Shown here one piece after another: positions 20,510 through 28,268 of a stretch of 53,948 bases of DNA; position 1 is the first letter of the stretch; each line of letters opens with the position of its first letter. The notes under the pieces were generated by a model. That model did no database searches. It was not told the origin of the DNA and saw only the letters and a program-made list of their open reading frames with translations. The position numbers and the translations under genes are program-made. The DNA comes from Holophagae bacterium. GTDB taxonomy: Bacteria; Acidobacteriota; Thermoanaerobaculia; Thermoanaerobaculales; Sulfomarinibacteraceae. The stretch is from assembly GCA_003105185.1 (NCBI GenBank), contig PQAJ01000138.1, forward strand, positions 1 to 53,948. The letters run 5' to 3'.

Positions 20510-22201
20510 TCAGAAGCGCAGCCGGATCAGTGCCGGCAGGTAGTCCTCCGGGGCGGAAAAGCCGAGCAGCAGGAGCAGGGTCGCGGCGAGATTGCCGAGC
20601 CCTGGGTGGTCAACCGCGTTGTCGGCCTCGAATCGGTCGGCGGCGACGCCCGTCAGCAGCCACGGCACCGGGTTCAGGGTGTGGCTCGTCTTGATCACCG
20701 GCGCGCCGCCGACGCGCCGCTTGACGTTGCCGGTCGCGTCGTCGACCTCCCACATCATTTCGAGGTTGCCGTGGTCCGCAGTCACGATCAGCGTCCCCTT
20801 GGCGGCCGCGACCGCCCGCTCGAGGGCGCCCACGCACTCGTCGACCACCTCCATCGCCGCGACGGCGGCCGCCAGCACCCCGGTGTGCCCGACCATGTCG
20901 CCGTTGGCGAAGTTGACCCGCAGAAAGCGGTGCGTGTTCCGTGCCAGCCGATCGACGACCACCTGGCACACCTCGCGCGCCTTCATCGCCGGCGCGTGCT
21001 CGAACGCAATCCTGTCGGATGGGATCTCGACCCACTCCTCGCGCGTCGCGTCGAACTTCTCCGAGTTGTTGCCGTTCCAGAAGTAGGTCACGTGGCCGAA
21101 CTTCTGGGTCTCGGCCACCGCCAGCTGCGAGACCCCGTTGTGCACCAGGTACTCCGAGACGGTCCGCGAGATCGCCGGCGGCTCGACGAGGTACGCCTCG
21201 GGGATCCGCAGATCGCCGTCGTACTCCATCATCCCGGCGTACTGGACGCGCGGCCACCGTCCGCGGTCGAACTCGGCGAAGCCGGGCTCGGTGAAGGCCC
21301 GCGAGATCTCGAGCGCACGATCGCCCCGGAAGTTGAAGAACACCACCGAGTCCCCGTCGACGATCGGACCGAGCGGCCGCCCGTCGTCGCCGACCACCAC
21401 GAAGGGCGGCAGGTCCTGATCGATCACCCCGGGCTGTGCGGCGCGGAGCTCGCACACCGCCTGCTGCGCCGACCGGAAGCTGCGGCCCTCTCCGTGGACG
21501 TGGATCTGCCAGCCGCGCCGCACCATCTCCCAGTCGGCGTTGTAGCGGTCCATGGTGATGCGCATGCGGCCGCCGCCGGAGGCGACCGCCGCGTCCACTC
21601 CGGTCTTCGCCAGCTCGGCGAGCGCGCGCTCGAGGCGGTCCAGGTAGACGTGGTAGGTCACCGGGTCGACATCGCGGCCGTCGGCCAGCGGGTGGACCCG
21701 GATCCGGCGCACGCCGTCGACGGGGAGCCGGTCGAGCAACGCCTCGAGGTGCCGGATGTGGCTGTGCACGTTCCCGTCGGACAGCAGGCCGATCAGGTGG
21801 AAGGTCGAGCCGTGCTCGATCACGTTGCGCACGAGCCGCTGCCACACCGGACCCCGGAACAGTGCGCCCGACGCGATCGCCTGGTCGACCAGCTTGGCGC
21901 CCTGCTCGAAGATCCGCCCCGCTCCCATCGCGTTGTGGCCGACCTCGGAGTTTCCCATGTCGGCATCGCTCGGCAGGCCCACCGCGAGGCCGTGCGCGGC
22001 CAGCCGCAGGAACACCGGCGCGGTTGCGAACAGGCGGTCGAGGTTCGGAGTGGAGGCGAGGTCGAAGGCGTTGGCCTGGTAGCCCTCCGCGCGCCCCCGG
22101 TACAGGCCGACACCGTCCAGTATCGCGAGCACCAGCGGCCCGGGCACGCCCGCGAAGCGCGGGTGCGGCGGCAGCGAGAAGTCGGTCATGGTCATCTCCA
22201 A
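20510..22201 (-). CDS. gpmI: 2,3-bisphosphoglycerate-independent phosphoglycerate mutase (long form)
   Basis: LAILDGVG near the N-terminus, SDGNVHSH, and TADHGN near the C-terminus. 563 aa. Confidence 0.9.
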   Translation of the reverse strand: MEMTMTDFSLPPHPRFAGVPGPLVLAILDGVGLYRGRAEGYQANAFDLASTPNLDRLFATAPVFLRLAAHGLAVGLPSDADMGNSEVGHNAMGAGRIFEQGAKLVDQAIASGALFRGPVWQRLVRNVIEHGSTFHLIGLLSDGNVHSHIRHLEALLDRLPVDGVRRIRVHPLADGRDVDPVTYHVYLDRLERALAELAKTGVDAAVASGGGRMRITMDRYNADWEMVRRGWQIHVHGEGRSFRSAQQAVCELRAAQPGVIDQDLPPFVVVGDDGRPLGPIVDGDSVVFFNFRGDRALEISRAFTEPGFAEFDRGRWPRVQYAGMMEYDGDLRIPEAYLVEPPAISRTVSEYLVHNGVSQLAVAETQKFGHVTYFWNGNNSEKFDATREEWVEIPSDRIAFEHAPAMKAREVCQVVVDRLARNTHRFLRVNFANGDMVGHTGVLAAAVAAMEVVDECVGALERAVAAAKGTLIVTADHGNLEMMWEVDDATGNVKRRVGGAPVIKTSHTLNPVPWLLTGVAADRFEADNAVDHPGLGNLAATLLLLLGFSAPEDYLPALIRLRF

Positions 22202-22349
22202 ACGGTCGTCGGCGCGCCGCCGAGTGCAACTGCCGGGGCGATCGCTGCCATTCCCGGCAATCCCGGCCGGCGCGGCCGGTTGTACGTGGAAGGTCGCGGC
22301 GCGCCCCTGCCTCGAAACGCTGCACGTCGCGCCCGAGGCCGAGCCGCGG

Positions 22350-23162
22350 TCAGTTCCCGGCGGCGGCCTGGGGCCTCAGCAGCACGACGCTGATGTTGTC
22401 GTGGCCGCCGCGCTCGTTGGCCGCCGCTATCAGCGCCGACGCCATCCCCTCGAGGGACTCGCCGGCCCCGAGGACCTCAACGATTTCCTCGTCCGACAGC
22501 ATCGAGTTGAGCCCGTCCGAGCACAGCAGGTAGAGGTCGCCCTCCCCAAGCTCGGTCTCGAGGATGTCGACCCGGGGGTCGCCGCTGCCGCCGAGGGCCT
22601 GGGTCACGACGTTCTTGAGCGGGTGCGCCCGGGCAGCCTCCTCGCTGAGAAAGCCCGCAGCGACCTGCTCGTGCACCCACGAGTGATCGTCGGTCAGCAG
22701 CTCGAAGCGGCCCTTGCGAAGCCGGTAGGCGCGGCTGTCTCCGACGTGGCAGATGACCAGTGTCCTGCTGTTTGCCGGGTGCATGGCGACCACCACCGTG
22801 GTCCCCATCCCGCGCAGATCGGAGTCGCGTCGGACCGCCCTCGTGACCCGCTCGTGACCGGCCAGGATCGCGTCGACTACTCGGTTCGCGGTCGCACTGC
22901 GCGCCATGTTCCAGTGACTGGGCCAGGTTTCTTTGTCGACGGCGGCGGGCTCCGACAGGTTGCGGATGATCTCCTCGGCCGCGAGCCGGGACGCCACCTC
23001 CCCAGCCGCGTGGCCGCCCATCCCGTCCGCAACCAGGTAGACGCCGAGGTTCTCGTCGACGAGGAACACGTCCTCGTTGAGGCGGCGTGTCATGCCGACG
23101 TCGGTTGCGCCCCACGACTCGATGACCAGTCCGGGTTCGGGGTCCCGCGGCACGCGCCTCAT
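22350..23162 (-). CDS. PP2C-family Ser/Thr protein phosphatase
   Basis: TDVGMTRRLNEDVF, VADGMGGHAAGEVAS, LLCSDGL and GGHDNISVVLL motifs. Confidence 0.9.
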   Translation of the reverse strand: MRRVPRDPEPGLVIESWGATDVGMTRRLNEDVFLVDENLGVYLVADGMGGHAAGEVASRLAAEEIIRNLSEPAAVDKETWPSHWNMARSATANRVVDAILAGHERVTRAVRRDSDLRGMGTTVVVAMHPANSRTLVICHVGDSRAYRLRKGRFELLTDDHSWVHEQVAAGFLSEEAARAHPLKNVVTQALGGSGDPRVDILETELGEGDLYLLCSDGLNSMLSDEEIVEVLGAGESLEGMASALIAAANERGGHDNISVVLLRPQAAAGN

Positions 23163-23827
23163 TCCTTCCGCCGCAGGCGCCCGAGCAGGCCCTCACGCTT
23201 GGGGTCCGACGCGGCCCGGATCGAGGCCAGCACGCCCTTCGCCTTGTCGCTGGTCGGGTCGAGAGACAGGGCATCCTGCGCGAGCCGCTCGGCGCGGCTG
23301 GACATGCCGGCGGCCAGCGCCGCAGCGGCCGCGTGCGCCTTGTACACCGCATTGTGTTGGTCGAGGGCCACGGCCCGCTCGAGGTAGCGCAAGGCATCGC
23401 GCTCCCTCCCCTTGACCCGGCTCAGCGCCAGTCCCAGGAAGTAGTTCGCGCGGTCGAACTCCGCGTCGTGGTCGACCGCCGCCTTGAGGTGCTCGAGCGC
23501 CTCCTTGATGCGGTCGGCGCGGAGCGCCTCCGCCCCCTTGGCCGCCAACCGGCGCGCGATCTCCTTGGCGTTGATCTGGCTGCTGTTCGAGGTGGTCGAC
23601 CGCTGCGCTAGGTCGCGGTCGTAACGCTCGCGGCTCTCCGGCCGGCTGAGGACGTTGAAGGCCTCGGTGATCGCCTGGAAGCGCTGCTCGGCCGCCTCGC
23701 GCTTCGCGCCGGCGAACCGGTCAGGGTGGTGGTCCATGCTCAGCCGGCGAAACGCGGCGCGAATCTCCTGCTCGGTGGCGTCGCGCTGAACGCCCAGCGT
23801 GTCATACAGGGTGATCCGATGTGCCAT
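23159..23827 (-). CDS. DnaJ (J-domain) protein with TPR-like C-terminal region
   Basis: J-domain with HPD (LYDTLGV...AFRRLSMDHHPDRF), followed by TPR-like helices. The start overlaps the phosphatase gene by 4 nt. Confidence 0.85.
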   Translation of the reverse strand: MAHRITLYDTLGVQRDATEQEIRAAFRRLSMDHHPDRFAGAKREAAEQRFQAITEAFNVLSRPESRERYDRDLAQRSTTSNSSQINAKEIARRLAAKGAEALRADRIKEALEHLKAAVDHDAEFDRANYFLGLALSRVKGRERDALRYLERAVALDQHNAVYKAHAAAAALAAGMSSRAERLAQDALSLDPTSDKAKGVLASIRAASDPKREGLLGRLRRKE

Positions 23828-23927
23828 CGATGGTGTGACCCGTTGCCGTGTCCCTCAGACCGTCCATGTCTACCACAGCCGGCACGGCCACGCAAACACC
23901 CCCGACCGAGCGCGGATCCGGCCGCCC

Positions 23928-25016
23928 TCAGCGCCGACGAGAGTGGAACTCATGCGCACGCCGCCGCACCACCGGGTTGATGTTGCGGTCCCGCGCCAGG
24001 CGAGCGAGATCGCGGACCGACAGCCGGGGCAGCAGGTGGAGAGCGGTCTGCAGCGGCGTCTTGGGATTCTGGGCCAAGGCCTGGATCACCCCGTACTGCT
24101 GCATCCAGCGTCGGTTGCCCGCGATGATCCGGATCGCTTCATCCGACACGCTCCTCGCCGCCGCGAACCGCTCGACCTCGGATTCGGTCAGCTTCGGGCT
24201 GGCGAGGACCGCCCGCACCACCAGGCGGTTGCGCGAGTTGATCAGAATGGTCCGCTCCTCGCGGGCTCCCAGCAGCGCAACCACGACTTTCTCCCTGACC
24301 GACATCCGCGCCAGCCTGCCGTAGGTGCTGAGCCCGAGCCGCTCCACTTCCTCGCGGACGCCGGGATCGTCAGGGCTCGGGTACGGCATCGCGTCCTCGC
24401 GCGGGATGTGGGCACCGATCGCGCGCAGGGCGGCGAGCGCCTCCTCGATGCTGACGCCCTCCGCCTCGGGTGCGACCAGCTGCCCGCTGATCGCCTTCTC
24501 GATGAACTCCTCCTCGAACTCCCGCACCCTGCGCAGCACCACCTGGGTGACCCTGGGATTGGCGCGCAGATCGTCGAGGATCTCCAGGTGCGCCAGCAGG
24601 CGGACCTGGTTGGTCATGATGATGTCCTGGATCAGCGGTGCGCCGTGCCGAGCCAGCATCCGCATCGTCTCGTCCGAGGTGCGGCCGTGGATCGCGACCG
24701 CCGCCCAGAGCTGGTCCTCGGAGCGGATCCGGCTCAGCAGGTCGAGCACGACCGGCTCCAAGTCCTCGTGCTCGAGCCAGTCGATGAGCGTCTTCACATC
24801 TTCGGCCTGCAGCGACTGGGTCGCCGCGGCCGCCAGCTCAGGATCCGGGTCCGAGGACAGCACGGCCTGCAGGCGGAACAGGTCCTCGCGGGGAATCGGC
24901 AGCAGTCCCTGCGCGGCAAACAGTCGCACGGGTCGCGGAACCTGGCCGGACAGGATCGCCTGAAGCAGCTGGTTTCCGGTCGCGATCCCGCCCTCAGTCA
25001 TAGGCCGGGCCGGCAC
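23928..25016 (-). CDS. alpha-helical repeat protein (HEAT/LRV-like), paralog of 27454..28227
   Basis: 362 aa of repeated helical units with an ALAQNPKTP-type motif. The C-terminal 120 aa align with the ORF at 27454..28227. Family name not certain. Confidence 0.6.
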   Translation of the reverse strand: MPARPMTEGGIATGNQLLQAILSGQVPRPVRLFAAQGLLPIPREDLFRLQAVLSSDPDPELAAAATQSLQAEDVKTLIDWLEHEDLEPVVLDLLSRIRSEDQLWAAVAIHGRTSDETMRMLARHGAPLIQDIIMTNQVRLLAHLEILDDLRANPRVTQVVLRRVREFEEEFIEKAISGQLVAPEAEGVSIEEALAALRAIGAHIPREDAMPYPSPDDPGVREEVERLGLSTYGRLARMSVREKVVVALLGAREERTILINSRNRLVVRAVLASPKLTESEVERFAAARSVSDEAIRIIAGNRRWMQQYGVIQALAQNPKTPLQTALHLLPRLSVRDLARLARDRNINPVVRRRAHEFHSRRR

Positions 25017-25818
25017 CGAGCTCGGTCAGCCCCTGCAGGCTCGCTTCGGCGTGGACGACCTGGCCGGGGACGCCGAGGTCCCCATAGGTGACGCCACCCA
25101 CGACCAACCGCGCCGCCGATGCGTTGCCGACGGTGAGCTTGACCGGACCTTCGAGCTGGAGCTCGAGCGACTCGCCCCCTTCGAGCAGGCGCTGCTCCGT
25201 GCGGCCTTCGCGATCCCGGTACCGCACCCAGCACTCCTCGTTGGGGTCGACGAGGATCTTGAGGTCGACGAGCCCGTTGTCAGGTGGCGCCTCGGCGCTG
25301 GCCGGGATCACAATCGGCGGGGCCTGGGGCGTCTCGACCGGGGTCGCGGCCGCGGCGCGCTGGACGACCTGGCGCGGTTGCTGGACGAGCGCGGCCTGGC
25401 CGCGCTCCGAGCTGCTCAGGATGAACACCGCAACGACGACCAGGATCGCTGCACACACCGAGATCGGGAACCAGAATCGCCAGCGGATCGCGGGCCCGGC
25501 GGAGATCTCATCAGGCACCGGCGGATGCTCGGCTCGCGCAACCCGCTGGTAGTCATCCCAGACCGCATCGAATTCCCCGAGCAAGGGCGCCGGGTCGCAG
25601 TCCATGACGCGTGCGATCTGGCCGACGAAGCTGCGGCTGAACACGCGCTCCGGCAGGTACTGGAAGGCGCCGGACTCCAGCGCCCCGAGCACCCGTGTCG
25701 AGATCTTGGTCTCCAGGCTGATGTCGTCGAGGGACAGCTCGCGCTCGAGGCGGAGGCTCTTCAGCCGCTCCCCGAAGGCCTTCGGATTCGCAGGCGGCTG
25801 GGGCGCTTCGAGAATCAT
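24994..25818 (-). CDS. rodZ: RodZ-like cytoskeleton protein (HTH + TM + C-terminal DUF4115-like domain)
   Basis: N-terminal XRE-type HTH FGERLKSLRLERELSLDDISLETKISTRVLGALESG, a single TM (WFPISVCAAILVVVAVFIL) and a C-terminal beta domain (KLTVGNASAARLVVGG). Confidence 0.8.
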   Translation of the reverse strand: MILEAPQPPANPKAFGERLKSLRLERELSLDDISLETKISTRVLGALESGAFQYLPERVFSRSFVGQIARVMDCDPAPLLGEFDAVWDDYQRVARAEHPPVPDEISAGPAIRWRFWFPISVCAAILVVVAVFILSSSERGQAALVQQPRQVVQRAAAATPVETPQAPPIVIPASAEAPPDNGLVDLKILVDPNEECWVRYRDREGRTEQRLLEGGESLELQLEGPVKLTVGNASAARLVVGGVTYGDLGVPGQVVHAEASLQGLTELGAGPAYD

Positions 25819-25836
25819 GGGACGAGCATTGTATCA
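25819..25836 (-). promoter_or_regulatory. extended -10 promoter (TGaTACAAT) placed for a leaderless rodZ mRNA
   Basis: The minus strand reads TGATACAAT-gctcgtccc-ATG. The -10 hexamer is at 25833..25828, only 9 nt from the start codon, and there is no SD. Confidence 0.4.
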
Positions 25837-25910
25837 CTCTACGTAGGAAAGCAACTACCCTAAGCCTTTTTCGCCGAGCGACTTACTGCGACCGCTCGGA
25901 GCCGTAACTT

Positions 25911-25947
25911 CTCGCCCTGTAACGAATTATGACACTCGCCCTGTAAC
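25911..25947. repeat. two exact 13-nt direct repeats CTCGCCCTGTAAC, 24 nt apart
   Basis: Copies at 25911..25923 and 25935..25947. Partial GTAAC/GTTAC copies lie at 25904 and 25973. Confidence 0.8.
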
Positions 25948-26177
25948 CTGGTGACCGAGGGTAAATCCAAGTGTTACGTAGTGTTGTCCTGTCTCAGAGC
26001 CGAATTCGGGCCTATGGCGGGCAAATCGCCGGACCCTATGGAGCCTCACCTAGTCGAGCAGAAATCCGAGCCTAGCCATCCCTTGCCGCGCCGTGCCCCG
26101 CCGCACCGCGCCGGGCGTTGGCCGGCCAAGCCATGCCTGGCTACGGGGCCAGGGAATCCCCTCACCCGGTGGTCAGG

Positions 26178-26252
26178 AAACCATGCCTTGCCGTGCCATG
26201 CCTTGCCAGGCCTTGACTCGCCGCGCCAAGCCTTGCCAAGGCTAGCCATGCC
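26178..26252. repeat. five tandem degenerate 15-nt units (consensus nnnCCATGCCTTGCC)
   Basis: Units in register: aaaccatgccttgcc, gtgccatgccttgcc, aggccttgactcgcc, gcgccaagccttgcc, aaggctagccatgcc. Related single copies lie near 26071-26100 and 26128-26142. Confidence 0.75.
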
Positions 26253-26289
26253 GTGTCGCGCCCAGTAGCCCCTTGGAGGGGGCGTTCGA

Positions 26290-26869
26290 CTACGCCTCTT
26301 CGACCATGAACCGTCCGTATTTCGGTCGCCACTCCAACAGCCCGACCTGACTACGCCCGATGCGGAGGATCTCGAGCAACCCGTAACGGTCCAAGACTGA
26401 GTCTTCATAGGTGATCGAAACAACCGCCGACCACTTCGGAAACAGGGGGCGTGTTCGCATGACGCGGGTCATCTTCACCCGGACTCCGACCGTCAGCCGG
26501 AAACGTTAATCTGGCCACAGGTCGCGGTAGTCCCGTTGGCCGTCGTATTCGACCGGGAAGTCATGCGAACAGTAAACCCCGGACGAAACTTGTTTCCCCT
26601 TCTTGATTTTCTTGGCGGCCTCGAGGAGCATCCCCTCGACGTTCACCGCCGGGATGTATGGCCCGTCTTGCGCCGACCAATACAGGGACCCGAACCACTC
26701 AAGGTGAGCCATCTCCTCGTGGTCCGGGTACGGTCTTCGTACGTTTTCCAGTTGTTTCCTTCAGGTCCTTCGCCTGGACGGCCATCGGATCGGCTAGGCG
26801 GCCGTTGAGCATGAGGAGTCCCGGACAGCTCGGATCGCCCGTCAATCTGACGGTCAGCTCCTTCCGCAT
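26290..26869 (-). pseudogene. phage-type gene disrupted by one frameshift and one in-frame TAA
   Basis: Three fragments in one orientation: MRKELTVRLTGDPSCPGLLMLNGRLADPMAVQAKDLKETTGKRTKT (start 26869 after GGAGG); a frameshift near 26735 into ...PDHEEMAHLEWFGSLYWSAQDGPYIPAVNVEGMLLEAAKKIKKGKQV...; then TAA at 26506..26508 in frame with ...RVKMTRVMRTRPLFPKWSAVVSITYEDSVLDRYGLLEILRIGRSQVGLLEWRPKYGRFMVEEA. Confidence 0.6.
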
Positions 26870-26903
26870 CGTGACCTCCCGGCTGCGCCATGTCGAAGGG
26901 TTT

Positions 26904-27212
26904 CTACTCGCGGCCCGCGTACCGGCGCTCGCGGATCGAGTCCGTGATCGCCTCATGGCAGACCTTGCACAACGTGACCAGATCCTCCCACCGGAGCTCT
27001 TCTTCGTCGCCGTAGTGGGGATGGTGGACCTCGAGGTCCTCAGTAGCCCAGCACGTCCGGCATCGGTACCCGTCGCGCTCGAGCACCTTGAGCCGCGCCT
27101 CCTGAAACCACTCCCCGTACGCGTTGCCTATGGCATCCCCCCGATGGTCACGTGGACGGAGTCTCTGACGGGGTCGCCGCAGGGGATGGTACCGGTGTTG
27201 GTGTGGGCTCAA
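26904..27212 (-). CDS. HNH endonuclease (phage-type)
   Basis: RDGYRCRTC...LEVHHPHYGDEE...LVTLCKVCHEAI is an HNH motif with two CxxC zinc knuckles. 102 aa, apparently intact. Confidence 0.75.
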   Translation of the reverse strand: MSPHQHRYHPLRRPRQRLRPRDHRGDAIGNAYGEWFQEARLKVLERDGYRCRTCWATEDLEVHHPHYGDEEELRWEDLVTLCKVCHEAITDSIRERRYAGRE

Positions 27213-27453
27213 CGGGACCGCACAGGTACGCTTCCCCTCGTCACCCTAGCGCTTCCTTTTGACGAGCCTCCCGGAGACGCCGAAGGGCCGGACCCTAGCG
27301 GCCGGCGATCGCCTGACTTTCCGCGTAGAAGTGAACCGACGGCTCACCCTTCACGACAAGCTCGACGTTTCCGAATCCGGCCGTCCCGGTCACCGTCACC
27401 GGCGCCCCGGGGACCCGGGAAGCGCCGGGCCCTTTCTTGTCTGATGGAATTCG

Positions 27454-28227
27454 CTAGGCTTCCGCCCGCGACTCGGCGCCCGGATCGGGGCCCGTGGATA
27501 TCACTCTTCGTAGTCCCTTGTCTTCTCGTTCCTTGAGGGCTGAGGCAGCGCTGCGCACCGGCTCCGGCACGTCGGGCCTGGCGGCGATGGCTTCGAGGTC
27601 GCTCGAGCGCAGCTGGACCAGGGCGCTCAGCGCCACGGGCAGCGGCGCGTGAGGGCAGCGGACCAGCGCGGCACGCACGGCGTACGACTGCCCCCAGCGA
27701 TGGTGGCGGGCAAGCTCGGCGTAGAACTCCGGAGGCGCCGCCGCGGTGTTGAGGATCAGGAGCACGTCGTTCTCGGACAGCCGCTGGTTGTCGAGGAGGG
27801 CAATCAGCACCTGACGGTCTCCGGCGTCGATCAGCGGGCGCAGCAACGGGCGGTGGACCCGGCGGGCCAGCGCGACCTTCTCGCCGAGGCTCATCCTGAC
27901 GAGCACCGCCAGCAGCTTCTTCTCGGCCTGGCGACCGACCATCGGCGGCGTCCTCGGGTTCTGAGCGAGCGCGAGCAGCGAGGTCCACGGCAGGGTGGCG
28001 ATCAGGTCCATCGCGCGCGCAAAGGCCAGTCCACGGAAGGAGCTCAACAGCTCGCGCACGGTGTGCCCGGCGAGCAGCTCGCGGCGCTCGGCGATGGCCT
28101 CGGCGACCTCGACACTGCAGTATGGGTTGCGCAGCGCGTCGAGGACGTCCTGCTCGGAGAGCTCGCTCCCGCGGACCCAGGCCTGCAACTCCTCCGCGTT
28201 CATGTCGGCGACACGGGCGGGTTCCAT
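27454..28227 (-). CDS. alpha-helical repeat protein, paralog of 23928..25016
   Basis: 257 aa with an ALAQNPRTPP motif. The segment MSLGEKVALARRV...LSENDV...HRWGQSYAVRAALVRCPHAPLPVAL...LRSSDLEAIA aligns with the C-terminus of the 362-aa protein. Confidence 0.6.
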   Translation of the reverse strand: MEPARVADMNAEELQAWVRGSELSEQDVLDALRNPYCSVEVAEAIAERRELLAGHTVRELLSSFRGLAFARAMDLIATLPWTSLLALAQNPRTPPMVGRQAEKKLLAVLVRMSLGEKVALARRVHRPLLRPLIDAGDRQVLIALLDNQRLSENDVLLILNTAAAPPEFYAELARHHRWGQSYAVRAALVRCPHAPLPVALSALVQLRSSDLEAIAARPDVPEPVRSAASALKEREDKGLRRVISTGPDPGAESRAEA

Positions 28228-28268
28228 ACCCCGATCCTACGCCGTCTCAACGCTCGCAAACTCACCTT

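Larger units (their letters stand above)
25860..27450. mobile_element. decayed phage-like island (no integrase; HNH endonuclease, broken phage gene, repeat arrays)
   Basis: A block with local GC dips inserted between rodZ and a helical-repeat paralog. It holds only phage-type or fragmentary coding sequence. Imperfect direct repeats lie at both ends (CTAAGCCTTTTTCGCCGAGCGACT 25860..25883 and CTAGGCTTCCGCCCGCGACT 27454..27473). Confidence 0.45.

Noticed and set aside
24994-25016. An apparent 1-nt disagreement between my position count in the printed row 24961 and the ORF-track coordinates for the rodZ stop and the start of the neighbouring gene.
   Set aside because: It is most likely my own counting or transcription slip rather than biology. 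ORF-track coordinates were kept for CDS features, and motif coordinates should be treated as accurate to within 1-2 nt.
25951-26423. ORFs 25951..26268 (+, 105 aa) and 26046..26423 (-, 125 aa) covering the 15-nt repeat array.
   Set aside because: Their open frames are a by-product of the 15-nt (5-codon) periodicity. The translations are low-complexity (HALPC/HALPG, GKAW-GKAW). The second overlaps the 3' end of the broken phage gene in another frame.
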